A DNA stretch of 63,853 nucleotides, the filler included, from Klebsormidium nitens (lineage: Eukaryota > Plantae > Klebsormidiophyceae), in assembly GCA_000708835.1 (NCBI GenBank). It is 6 parts of 6 records of this genome, joined end to end, with 100 filler letters (N's around TTAATTAATTAA, not from the genome) between each part and the next. Parts side by side here need not be neighbours in the genome. Positions count along the whole stretch, not along the records: positions 33,444 to 54,266 come from DF237917.1; 5 more parts are not named here. The stretch is one strand, 5' to 3'. The number at the start of each line of letters is the position of its first letter. The stretch's first letter is position 1. Below, in pieces: positions 40,201 to 53,195 of this stretch. Under the pieces are notes generated by a model that did not search any database, was not told where the DNA came from, and saw only the letters and a program-made list of their open reading frames with translations. Position numbers and translations under genes: made by a program.

Positions 40201-43200
40201 TTACAAAACCCGCTCTTTACTACTCAGATACGAAGACGGTATCTTGGAAGTAAACTGCGGCAGCATGTCATCCCTTTTCCGCTTGAGGAAATTGAAGATG
40301 CCGAGAAGCGTTCCCCTTGAACGCTTCCCACCGCCCATGTAAGTGGGATCGGACTCTGCGCACACAAGCAAAAGTTGTCAGCTCCCCTTCGTCGCTGAAA
40401 CCACCAGTGAAGCGGAAGAAACTCGTTTACCAGATTTGCATGCTTCGCAAATAAAGCATAGCTTCAGGTGCTTTCAGGATCCATTGCTGAGTCGCCTTAC
40501 CGAATGACAGCTCATCGATGAAATATTCCTTCGAACTCACCTAAGAACCGAAGTTCCCCGCTTCTGTCTGATTTTAGTCTTTTCGCCCTTTCCGAACATC
40601 TTAGAGTTCCGGTATTGCCAAGGACGAAGGACAAAAAACCATACAGGCTACTTGAATAACGCAACGGGGGATCGATAGACGACTCTAAGGTTTGCGAAGT
40701 CTGCCCCAGTGCCACGCAATCCAAACTTTCTGTCCTTTTCCCTCGAAAGTCATTAAGCCAGACCTTAAGAGCATATATCAGAGCTCGGTCAAAAGATACT
40801 AGTGTCTTGTTTTCAGTGACTCGCTCCCTCGAAGGAGTCGTAGCTGCTGTAGGTATCAAAATGCGTCCTTCCAGATTCAGTGTCTCGATCAAAAGTGCAA
40901 TTAGAACCGGTCATTTGCCAGCGGACACCGACAGAAGAGTGACAAGCTATGCAAGGATTTTTAGAGGGAGCCCCACACACAACGACGTAAGCTTTCTGCA
41001 CTTCGGACTGAGCGACAACAATCAAAATGCCAGCTTCTCATTTGGTCCGACACGGCCGCTTTCGAGCCCCAAGACTTCTTCATATCCCGCAATTTCTCTC
41101 GTGTACATGAACAAACAATCAAAGACACCGATACCATTCCTGTTGGGTGCAGCCAAACTTATCTTCCGAGTACGTGAGCAGTCTGCTTTCCGTAGCACCA
41201 CAGTAAAACGGACCGTTTCAGATTCAAACTTCTTAACAGTCACCCTGTCTGATGTGTATCCCTTTAGAAGCGCCGAGTCACCCGGCTCACGGGAACGCGC
41301 TCTTGTTCGCCGCATAAAAGCAAAGTGAAAAAGCCCGTTCAATATATTCGAAATCAAGACAAATCTCACTTTGTCTGGTGTAACCGCCGTAACTAGCGCC
41401 GGGCACCCCAGCGTCGGTGGCATACTGTCGTTAGCCGGATAAAAAGGAAGAAAGAGAAATAAAAGTTCCAAATTTGTTCTTCAACCAATCTCACCTTGTC
41501 TGGTGTAACCACCGTAACTAGCGCCGGGCCCCCCGGCGCCCGGTAACACGCTCTCGTTCGCCGCGAGCGAGATGAAGTAAGCGAACGGGATGAGCCACAC
41601 CATTATCAGGAAGAAGCCGATGACGTACTCCAACGTCAGGTACGGCCGCTGATAGTCATAGGCGAAGAAGCGGAACCACACGATGTGGCTCAGAACGACC
41701 AGACCTGGAAAGGGGCGAAAGCTTTTCAATCAAAGAATGGTAGCAAAATGGGCTCACGAGCGGTGGACTCCGAAATCGGAGAATGGAACCACACGATGGG
41801 GCTCAGCACGACCAAACCTGGAAAGGATCGAGACCTGACAACCAGGAATTGCATGCAAACGAGCAGTGGAATCCAACATCGGAGAAGCGAGATTACACGG
41901 CGTCGCTCAAAACGACCAGACCTGGACAAAAACAAGACTGGTCAATTTGGAAATGCTTGCAAAATACACAAACGGTGTAATCCTCAAGTGAAGAAGCAGA
42001 ATCACACGACGTGGCTTTAAACGGCCAGACCTGAAAAAGGACGAACATGGAAATTTGTCCAATCAAAGTGCTTGCAACATGCAGTCACCGAGGGTGGAAG
42101 TCTTAGACGGAAAAGTGGAATAAATGTGGCTCAGCACGACCAGGCCCGAGAGCGAACGGAAACCGAGTCACTTCGATCAAAACCAAGTCGAATCAAGTGC
42201 TTTATGCCAGCGAGAGGCTGTAACGAGCGCTGAGAGTCTCAGACGAGAAAGCGAAGCACATAATGTTCTTCAGCACCAATGGTCTGGGCGGTAAGAAGCT
42301 TGGGGTTTCAAGATCGAGTTCATGTGAAGTCTGTCAACAAAGCTCTCGCTGGTGCTTTCGAGGAAAATTTGTATCGAAGAGTTTTGCGTTTCGATACTGA
42401 GTTCGCCTGATTTTCCAACTATGACGACGACAGATGACACCGATTGCTCTTGGTATGCTAACAACACCACTCTGCCTTCATATCCTGGCAAAACAACGGC
42501 GCGACGGATCGAGTCGGTTGAGCCGGTATGGCGAGTCGTCAATGGTATCTTAATAAGAAACGGACCATTCGACTTTTTACAATCCCTGGTGAAAGCTCTG
42601 TCTTGTCATCTCGATAAGTGTGCAGCTCAATGCTTCCGCGATTACTCACAATGGGAAGAAGCACTGGCCGAAGTCAAGCTGGCTGAAAGTTGCTGGTGAA
42701 TGCATTCAATATCCGAATCCCTGCCTATTCCTGCTGCCTTGAAAGCATAAGTTGCGGACTCAGGACTTGAGCCTCGGCCCAGCAAAGACTACTAACTCCC
42801 CCCCGGGAGTGCAATGATATGGGATCGATCGGGATTACTGTTATTGAATCTTCTCGAAGCCTTTGGTTCTACCCTCTGCCCGCTTTCGATGCTGGCAATA
42901 GCTGGAACTACGTTGTAATGTGCGTTCATTTAGCCAAGCGAACTTGATGCCCAAGCACAAAAGTCCGGTAACTGCTGTATCTGTCCAAATCTTTTCACCA
43001 GAGAAATGACGTTGAACAGATTGCCAAAAAGGTGACGTTTACCGGAAGTGAGACCGATTTGTACCAACGGCAAGCACAAACGGATTCTGACAACATCCGC
43101 ATAAATCGCCTTCCAGTGAAGATTGGATTGAAGGAAGTTCGAAGAGCCCATTCTCACCGACACTCCCAAGAAAGTCCGGAGACGTGAGAGAAATGTACGG

Positions 43201-45681
43201 GAAGGTCTTGAGCAGCCGGTAGTACACGACGTGCGAACCGATCCCGACCGCAATCGGGAGCACCGGGAGGCGGTCCCAGAGGAGGAGTGCCACGTGGATC
43301 CCAATCACTACCTGCAAAAAGGCAAAGTTGGACATTGTTCGTAAAAAATCGACCTTGATAGAAAGAGAAGACCCAAATCGCGTCTTAGGCCATTTGTCTT
43401 GCAAAATCGACCTTGGATAGAAAGAAAAGACTCAAATCGGGTTGTAGGCAATTGATCCCGACCGTGTTGGGGAGCACCGGAAGGCGGTCTAGAGGAGGAG
43501 TGCAACGTGGATCCCCCTCACCACCTGCAGCATAAAATGATGAAATAAAATGACTTTCCCAAAGACTCAACCTTGGAAAGAGAGAGAACCATCAGCCCCG
43601 CCGCTTAAACAATGGATCCCAACCGCCAAGCGAGCAAAGGGAGGCGGTCTGAAGATGGATCCACCACCTGACTTGCGGAAAGTCGAAGTTAGACATTGGC
43701 ACGCCAATTGCCAAAATCGACTTATTTTACGATTCGACGATTTGTATACGAAGGAAGAAGACTTGACCGCTTCTCAAGAGATTGATTCTGACCACAAATG
43801 AAAGAGCCGGTGCAAAGGAGGAGTGCCAATTCTGCATTTCAAAAGACTGGTTGAGAGGAGAGAAGGTAGGACCAGGCGATGTTGGCAAGTGTTCTGACAC
43901 ATCTACCCGTAACTTGATAAGGGCTTAGAAAGCTTGGATATGAACGGACGCCCACAGCTTTCAGATTCAGCGCTAGGCGGTACCAGAGGATTGGTGCTAC
44001 TAAAGGCCAGAAAGAGAACAGCACACCACTGAGAGGTTTGCTGAAAGCTTCAGCAACCCCCCTGACTGCTCACAGAGCGGGTTCAAGGAGGATCAGTAGT
44101 TTTGGGACCGGGGCCGGAAATCTTGTTGGAAGGGCTGACATGGCGACGTTTGGGGGATTGACCCGAGGCTTCCCGATCAATGATTGGTCGAAAGAAACCT
44201 AGCCCAAAGTTTCGCCCCTAAACCCTTCCGCGTTGACCCTTCCAATAGCATCCCAGGACACAGTCCCAGGATTACTAACTCTCCTTAACCCCGCTCTTAC
44301 CAAAATTGAGCTCTTGCGTTGGGCACAACAGGTAGCCACGCCCAGCGTGCTCCTGATAGGTGGGCTTTGCGTCGAATCAACGACACAGTGCGAAGCGCAA
44401 GGCTTTGCAATTCCAGGCACGCAACGAGCGGCCAAGAGAGCACAATAAACAGTTTGGCGCTGTACTTGAAAATTGAAGCCAAAGACCTGAAGTGGTTCCT
44501 AGAGCGTAGTCGTCACATGGGGATATATTTGTTAGTAGCAGAGTGAAGGGACCATGAGACTTTGCACTGCCCAAACCCACCAATCTGTCCCATCACACCT
44601 TTCTGATCAACAACCGAAGTGGTTGACCCAATCAGGTGGAGAGCAAAGTAAGACGGCAACATGCAGGATTCGAAGCTGGGGGGAACTTGAGTACTTTGAT
44701 AGCTCCCGGTGGTTGAAGGACGTATAGAAAAAGGATCATCCTCTGATGAAATTGGGCGTAGGGGCTTGATGGAAGCATCACCGAAAGCTCACGGCGTCGC
44801 CCCCTTGGCCGATCACAACCTGGGACGGCACTGACGATTCAAATCTGGACAAATTGAACCGTCCGATCAGAATTGCAAACTCGCTTGCTACGCCCACTTC
44901 AAAAACGGTATCTTCCAGCTTTTTCATAGATCTTGATTTTCAGTTGCCTACCTTGATAGCGGTGCCGATGACCCTTTTGGTGAGCCGCGTGTATTCCTCC
45001 ACAAGCTCCGCAATGTAGTACAAGCCGGTCGCTGCAAAAAATGTAGATGCAGATGCTAAATCAGGAGTGCAGAACGTAAGATTCGATCTCATGGCTGTCC
45101 AAAATGCAGGCTTGGTCTGAATGCGCAAGGAAAGCATAATGCTGTCGAGCGACAGCCTTGCAACGCAGGTGTGGCCGTAATGTTCCCGAGAAAAACGGTG
45201 CTGTCAGCAGCTGACGGAGAGCAAAACATGCTTTGACCCACGAAATGAATGCTGCCCGATGACTTTTAGGCTTTGCGTTTTAGGCTTTGCGTTTCGAAGT
45301 ATGCAGGCACCGTTTGCACCTGTCCGGTGGCTGTCTAGAAATAAGGGCAAGAAGAAACTGGTGAAGGAAAAGGGGCAAGCTGTTTGGTGGGCCGTCCGAA
45401 ACCTCCGAGTTGATTAAAAAGTTGCTGGAAAGGGCTTGATTGACGTCATAGAAGTCTCTCATGAGCTACCAAAGAACACGATCAGCAGGATTCCCAACAC
45501 CTCTGCGATTTATGGGTTTTTTCCGCAAAATCAGAGTTGTGAAAGGTTACATGCAGAACCTTTCTGTGAGCAGCACCAAAGTGTTGTCGGTTGCAGCAGA
45601 TTGCTTACCCAAGCACACCGCGAAGAACACTAAGAAAAGGTAGCCTCCGACGTAGACGATGAGTGTCGAAAGGGGAAACAT
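40201..45681 (-). CDS. TEX261: Host TEX261/Svp26 (Erv26-family) membrane protein; exons 45609..45681, 44952..45031, 43158..43311, 41495..41704, 40201..40355 (223 aa)
   Basis: All junctions GT-AG and in frame: CL-A-TGLYYIAELVEEYTRLTKR, YYRLLKTFPYISLTSP, GFFLIMVWLIPFAYFISLAANESVLP. Confidence 0.88.
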
Positions 45682-46238
45682 GGCGTCCCGGTATGGCCTT
45701 GCAACTATAATGTTTGCTCTCACTTAAAAAGCGGAAGGCCTGAGAGCGGTCTTTCCTCACATTCACTCCATTCTATTCTCTTCACAGTGCCAGCAGAAGA
45801 GGAACCCCCGCTTCACAAGAGCCAGAACTGCTGAAAGTGGGCGCCCATGCCTCAACTAAAAGAGGTGTCCGATCGCTCTGACTACTTTACACTCAGACAG
45901 AACAAGAACTTGTGAGCTGTTCAGTGAGCTGTCTCTGGATCTCCCCTCATCTCTATCGACCAAGCACCTTTGGCTGATCGCAGCAACGCTCAGTGACACA
46001 TCAGAGACTGTTTGTCGCCGGAATAACCACGTGGGACGATCCCATTGAATGCATTTCGAAGAAGGGGGGCATGTCATTTCGAGAATTGCAGACTGAGCTC
46101 TAGAGTCTAGCTAACTTTGAACTTGAAGTTATCACAGCTCGTCTTTGAAGTTCGAAGATCAAAAAGTCTGGATTCGTATCTCAGCCTTTCAGGGTTCCTG
46201 CAATTAGAGGGGCAACCAGCAGGGAAGGCATTCGATAG

Positions 46239-49200
46239 GTGCCCATACTCATAGCCAAGGAGGTATGGAAGGCAAGGGGGGCGCTTCGTCTGCCAATTTG
46301 GGAGATGAGACGAAACTGCAAAAAGCTCAGGAGAAGGCGGTTTGGGCCAAGACTATGCAGAATCTGCAGCTCAGGTATGTCAGCATTCATCTTGAAGAGC
46401 AGGCTATCACAGAATTCCTGGCGCATTCAGTTTCATGGGTCCACAATCCAGCTTACTTTGCAGAACCCTAATTTGGCATTGACCCTAATGAGCTCAAGAA
46501 ATGTGCCATGGCGGGGGAATGCTTCTGTGACCCGCGCAGAAGAGGAGAAGCTGAGCTAGATGCTGTTTGATTGGAAAAGAGGTGGTCATTTTGCATGCAG
46601 TACAAGCTCCTTAGGCTCCTCTTCGATTGCTTTACATTGTGTACCACTTTATTAAAAAGCCCCTCCTGGAAAGGGACAGGGGCAGCTGTTGGACTTCACA
46701 GGTATCAGCTCACTAGGCGCTTTCTTTTGGGCACATTAAGAGATAGGAGAATGGGGGCAGAAAGTGAGCACTGGCAGTGGCCACCTGGGTCCCATTCTCA
46801 TGACAGAATGCTTCTTTTCCAGGCTGCCTCTTTCTTTGTAGGGCGCAATTGCCCCACCTTTTCAGCACAAGACAAGCTCTGTTGGAGAGGATAGAAGACA
46901 TTTGATCTTGGAAGCATCTTCTGAGCTTCTGATAAAGCTCACAAGCGAGTACCGATTCAAGACGCAAGCAGTCTAGACATCTGGCCTTGGGTAGCAGCGT
47001 TAATTGCCCAAGGAAGCCCCACAGAAGTGCTCATCCATGGGTCAAACAATCATGAGTACGATGGTCCCCTTTCTCAAACGAGTATTTATTCCTAGGCTTC
47101 CCCTCCATTTCCAACTGGTTTCCCTCCCCTCCTTTCTTTCAATTGCAGGCTTAAAGCCCATGAGCGTGAGATGGAGATTTTGTACAGCGGGAAAGCGAGC
47201 ACAGGAAATGAGGAGCTGCAGCGGATTGCAGAGGCGGTGAAAGAGGCTGCGGTGGCTAGGCAGAGGCTAGGTAAGTCCCCATTACTACCTTTGGTGCCAC
47301 TCCCTACCGACCCACATACAAGCTCCTTGTGGGGAGGAGTTAATCAACAATGAAATGGGTCAAACAATTCTCTGAGATCAGCCTCGTCAAAGTTTGGCAG
47401 CATGTGTGGGATATGACAACGACACTTAAATTCCTCTTTGCAGTCCATTCTATATGCCAGATCCATCAGCGTTAGAATCCTCCCGTATGCCCTCTGCGAA
47501 CACTCAAAGCATCCAGTTGGACATTCGAGCTGCAAACTCCAGTGTCCAACATCTGATCATCTTTAAGCAATCGCTTGTTCACCACATCTTTTATGTGATT
47601 GCCGCAGACAAGCGCATGGCGGACCGGTTCGCAAGTTGCGGAAGCTGCAACGTCCAGTGTTGAACATTCAAACGGGCCCTGAAAAGTCCTCTAATAAGTG
47701 GCAAACTTGAATCCATCCTTGCTCGTCTTGAACATTGCAGATGAACGGATGGCCGATCGGCTGGAGCGTGTTCAGTCGGACGTTCGGACGCTGCAAACCC
47801 TGGTGTCCAACATTCGGACGGGTCCGGAGTACATGGACGAGCTGGCGCGGACGATGGATGCGAGCGAGGCTGACATCAGCGCACTCAAGGAGGAGCAGCA
47901 GGACAGGTAGGGGCGTAATCACAAGACAAGGTCTCCACATATATTGTTCTTTACAAAGCAATCCATAACACTTGCCGCCAAAAGGCCGTCACTGGTTTTT
48001 TCTTCACCTTGGAAGTTCTTTGTTCTGGTTTCTGTGCTGTGCGTGTCTCACTTTGTGTATTCCGCCAAGATTTCACTTGTATGAGGCTAACGCCCCCACG
48101 GGGGGCTCTTCACACGAGGCCTTTTTGCGCTGCAGGCCGGATTGTATCAACGGAAGTACGATCCGTCATTCTTCTCACTGACAGGGCCTTATTCTGACTC
48201 CAAAGACAGCAAAAGCATTAAAAGAGATGAAGGGAGTCGAGTCATGTTGCAACTTGCATTCCTGTTTTCGAACTGGGCAACTTTGGATTGCTCATGCATA
48301 AGCTTTGACCCGCAGTTACGACACCCTCTGCCGGCACGAGCGCGTTCTTTCAAAGGAGATCGACGGCTTTGGTTCACGCCTCGAGTCTTGGGATCGCGGT
48401 CCCTCGTCTCCAGAGGCCCTCCCCGCACGGACGAGAAGCGCTCCTCTGGGGGGGCGGTCCAAGGGGGCAAAAGAGGGGGGGGGACTGTTGCCGGAGGTGG
48501 AAGAGTACGAAGAGTTCGTCGAACGGACGGGGCTGATGGGGGGCTGGGATCCGGTGGACCATAAGCGGTTTCTTCGGATCTTAGCGGAGCATGGGGTGAG
48601 CAGAATGCAGATTGCATTTGTAATTTTGGTTTTCGTTGGCCTCCTCTGACCGACCTAAACCAGTCCTGTTGGTGGGGTGCTCCGTTCGTGGTTCTCATTG
48701 TCTGTATTTTCAAGTTGGCTTCGTCTCTTCATGGAGGCCTGAGTATAAATGGCTTTAGTACGCCACTCTTGGATTAAAAGATTCTGCACCGGACGGAAGT
48801 TGTGGTTGGAGAGCGCACATTCCCTGCGTTTATTGGACACTTCCTCCGTGGTTTTTGTTTGAGGTTAAACGAGCACTGGTCGCTCTTTGATCAAGCTGTT
48901 CGTCGATCGGATTGGTTATGATGAAGAGTGGTATCAAGCAGGACCGCCGTTCAGATTTTTCTTTCTTATAAGTTCCGAATGCAGGCAGAATTTGGTGCTC
49001 AAGCGACCCAGGGACGCTCCCCTGATGAAGTCACCCAGGGGATCCCGATCCTTTCATTCGAGCGAACTGCACAGACCCTCCGATTTTGTTTCGTAGTCGA
49101 AAATCAAACGGCCGGAACAACGATGCCTCCAAACGAAACCAAGCACTTCTTTCAACGTCGGCCAAAGTGTCATGCTCTCTTCTCATCGATGCCTTGGACC

Positions 49201-52200
49201 AGTACTGAATCGGTCAGAAGACGCTACCGCTCGATCACTCACGCTATGTGTGCCGCCCCGGCCCTGACCACGTGGCACAAGGAGGCGCGCCTTCTGTTAA
49301 CAATCTTGAGTTTTCTAAGCCGTATGCATCCAATATTTCCTCATCCCTGACTTTGGGAACACCCTGAATTGCGACTTCAGAAGCCGCGATTGCGGTCCAA
49401 ACTCCTCAACCTCTTAGGTGACACTGCAACAAAGAGCGAGCTAGCTCTTGCTCTTTCAGGCGAGCTCAGAAACTGGGCTACCTTTCCAACTTCTGGACTT
49501 CGTGGGTTACGCTGCAAAACCTAAATTGAAACCCCACTTTTTCGTTCAGGGCGATTACAGCCTCTCGGTCCAGCCCGCCGTCGCGGAGCTTCTGCTTTTC
49601 GACCGGAAGGAAATCATCGCCCACTGTCGCTGGCACGCCGAATTTGAAGAGCTTGCCAAGCGCAAGCGGGGCGCTATCATGGCGTGGCGGGCGCAGAAAG
49701 AGGTGAGATCTCGCTCATCGTCTTTCTCCGTCTTTCGGTCTTTTCTGACGACTTTGTTTTGTTTTCCCGCTTCGTTTCAGCTGTGTCTGAGGTCGTGATT
49801 GACCGATTGGTGCATGTGCCTTGTTGTTTACATGATCTACCTCCTAAGTGGTCCGAAAAACGCTGTAAGATCAGCTCTCAAATGGTTGAAAAGCAGAACG
49901 ACTCTTTAGGTCGATGTCAAGGATTTCAAAGTCCGTGCTTCAGAAGGGAAATACGTGCTCAAGAGCGCTTTCACTGGTCAAGAGCGTGTAGCACTTTCTG
50001 CCCTCTTTTTTACAGCCGGGCCACTTTTGCCTCCACTTTGACGGGAGGAAAAGGCTTCACTCTTGCTTCCATAGTGTCAAGAACCTTTGAGAAGAGACAC
50101 AATGGCAGTCACTGGTCTGCATTCTTCCCGTAGTCAAGTATCTGAGCTGTATTTACAACATCGGTTCTGCAGGAAGATAAGGCGGCCGCAGTGACTGCCG
50201 GGGCTGCTCCAGGCGACTAGTGTGAAAAAGTCCGAGAGGAGCCCGAAAAATCTGTATTGAGTACCTACTAAAATTCCGTGCCAATTCACACCCCTTGTCC
50301 GCAGGAAGATAAGGCGGCCGCAGTGACTGCCGGGCTGCTCCAGGCGACTAGTGTGAAAAAGTCCGAGTAAGAGCTCGAGAAACCTGTATTGAGTACCTAC
50401 TAAAATCCGTGCCAATTCACACCCCTTGTCCGCAGGAAGAGAAGGCGGCCGCAGTAACTGCCGGCCTGCTCCAGTCGACGAGTGTCAAAAAGTCCGAAGA
50501 GGAACGGGACGAGGCGGAGCGCGCGGCCGAGCGGGAGCGGCAAAGAAAGCGGGCGCAGCTGCAACAATGGAAGGTACGGCTTAGTGCATTTCGGGGTTCT
50601 AGGGTTCGTTATCTTTACTGCTCTCACAACGGATGGAGGCAGAACATGGACTCTCAGTCAACCGTGGAAGCCCACTTTGGCTATAATCTGAAGGACTCGT
50701 AGACGGAGTTATTCACTGACGAAAGGACCTTTTGGAACCGTCGATCTGAAGGGTATAGTCTGGGGGCGTCCTCGAACGCGACCGGCAATCAGTTGGCGTT
50801 TTCCTCTTTAGGTCTTCAGTGCTTCCTGGCTTTCAGGTCCAGGTTTTAGTGCAGCGAAGCTGGAGCGGTGGAGGGAAGCGGAGGAGCTGCCGGAAATGGG
50901 AAGGAAGTACGTTTTACGAAAGATGCTCGTGACGTCACAAAACGTGCTCTCGGGCATCATTTATCTACTCTCCGAATCTCCTCTTAATATCAAGCAAACT
51001 GCTTGTGAATCATATAGTTGCTCATGACTCAAAAATTGTGCTCTCGGCGTCTTAAAGCGCGCTCTCGCTGTCATTGAACGTGCTGGTGACGTCAGCGAGT
51101 CGCTCCTTGCAGGCAGAAAAGGAGGCCGCCGAGCGGGAACGGAGAGACGCGGAGGCGGCGGCAGAGGCGCAGGCGCAGTCAGGAGCCAAAGAGGCGGAAC
51201 AGCGGAAAAAGGTAAGAATTTTCTTTTTCTCTTTCTTTGCTTCTTATTTTCATCTTTTTTCGTTTTGGTGTAACTTGTCAATGGACAGCCGGAGGACATT
51301 AGCTTCAAGTGATTTAGCGAAATGAGGTTTTGATGGTACTTAGGGAGCGCCTGGTATCCTACGTGCTGAATGGAGGTCAAACGGTCCTCAATCGTGACGT
51401 CAGCATTCCCTGGGCCAGGTTTCAGTCAGGAGCCAGCTCCTCTTGAGTCGCCTTCTAAGACCAGGCCCTTATCGAGCTCATGGGCTACGGGAAGTTGAGG
51501 TGGAGTTTCCGGTCCACCCCCTCCGGGTGGGTCTTTTCGGCCACAAATCAGTGGGTTTTAACGCTCGGAGACTGAAACACCGGCTGTTTGATCTTGGAGT
51601 TTTCAAGCAATACGAGTCAATTTGAATAGCAGAAGTGGTATCTCTCGGAGCAGATCCCGATAATGTTGTGTCGGTCTTTAATAATTTTCTCAAAATCCGG
51701 GTCGTCGCAGACTGCAAACCCCATATCGCTTCGCATGGCCTTACCTCATCAAAATTTCTTTCCCGTCTCTGGAGAATCTGCGTCCCTGATTCGTAAGGCG
51801 CTAACGTCGGTTAATGACATCAGCACGCCCCGCCCTCACGTCAGGAAAGGGGTCACGTGCTGCCTTGTAACCCGTCTTGCGAATTCTCCTCGCGAGCAGC
51901 TTCGGCTTCATTTCGATTTTTATTTGTGGCTTAAAGTAGTATTTATTTTACAAGCCGTTCTGTGCGGGCCTTCATTTGTGTCCCTTCAATTTGTCGCGAA
52001 CGGGTCTTTCGTATACACTGATTACTTTGTGTTGGTGTGGGTTCATTCACGGTTACGTCCAAGGTCTACTCATTGACACCAAACCTGCTTTCTCGTTTAG
52101 GCGCAACTAAGGGAGGCCGTAGCGGTGTTCAAAGAGAAGCAGAAGCAGGCAGAGGAGGAAAGACAGCGGACAGCGGAGGAGGAAGAGGAGCGGCGGAAAC

Positions 52201-53195
52201 GAGAAGCGAGCGGGATCGAGGCCGAACTCAGGAGAAGGAGAGAACGGGTACGAGTGGATCTCTTATTCGGGGTGTCTTCAATGAGACTGCGCATCCGTTG
52301 CTGTTGAGTCGCCAGCGGAATGATCGAGTGTCCGATATGCGAAACTCAGAGTAGAAGGAAACGGAAGGAAAAAGCAAAACCGGACGATCAAGATCGCTGC
52401 CCATAATCGGGCGCAATATCTCGGGGTCGCAACGATGCATCCCAACTCAGCGGAAGCGTTTGGAGCATTGGATGTCGCGACACTTCAGGAATAGAAAGCC
52501 CAAACCAAACACTGAAAACCGAACCTTATAAAATCACCCGCTCCGCACCCGTACCCACCCTAAACCCCCAAACTAACCCTACCCGTCCCAGGCTGGTGAT
52601 CTCACTATTCCTGAAGCTTACTATTCCTGAAGTGTCATTGCATGAGCATTGGGCGTTGGGAGCGTTGAGCGTTGTTACAGTCTCTGGGTTTATCTCAAGC
52701 TGGCGTCATCTGCTGACGAAAGGCTCAGAACCTCACAACAGTTTGCACAGCTGTCCGAAATTCCTGTGCGGCCCCCAGTAAGCAAGAACCGGGCACCGGC
52801 CGCCTCTTACGAACTTTGATTCGGAGGCACGTGCCAAACCGCTGACGTCACCAACCGCCCGGCTGCTGACGTGGCACGGCCTGGCGGCAGAGCTGCGGCC
52901 TCGCTTCCGGACTTTGATTACGATGTACGCGGTAATGGCTGACGTCACTGACCGCCTGGCTGCTGACGTGGCAAGACCTGGCGGCGGACTTCTGCAGCCC
53001 CCTCATGTTGACTTTGACTCGGAACGCACGTGCTAATCCGTTGACGTCACTGACCGCCCGGCCGCTGACGTTGCAGGACCTGGCGGCTGTATACGAGCGG
53101 CGGGCGTCCGAGCAGGATCGGGTGCAGCAGGAGCAGCAGCAGAAGGAGGCGCGCCTCGAGCGGCTGCGGAGGCCGGTGCAAATAGTCGTGGACCG
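46239..53195 (+). CDS. CCDC112: Host CCDC112-like coiled-coil protein, at least 9 exons; both ends unresolved
   Basis: ISALKEEQQDRYDTLCRHERVLSKEI...LESW, GGWDPVDHKRFL and HCRWHAEF..L..RKR.AI..WR recall CCDC112; GT-AG exons at ~46239, 47147, 47740, 48313, 49550, 50435, 51114, 52101 and 53078. Confidence 0.72.

Noticed and set aside
3218-50500. Periodic 110-135-bp repeats as CRISPR-like arrays
   Set aside because: The units are long, degenerate and exon-derived, with no constant repeat and unique spacer structure and no cas genes.
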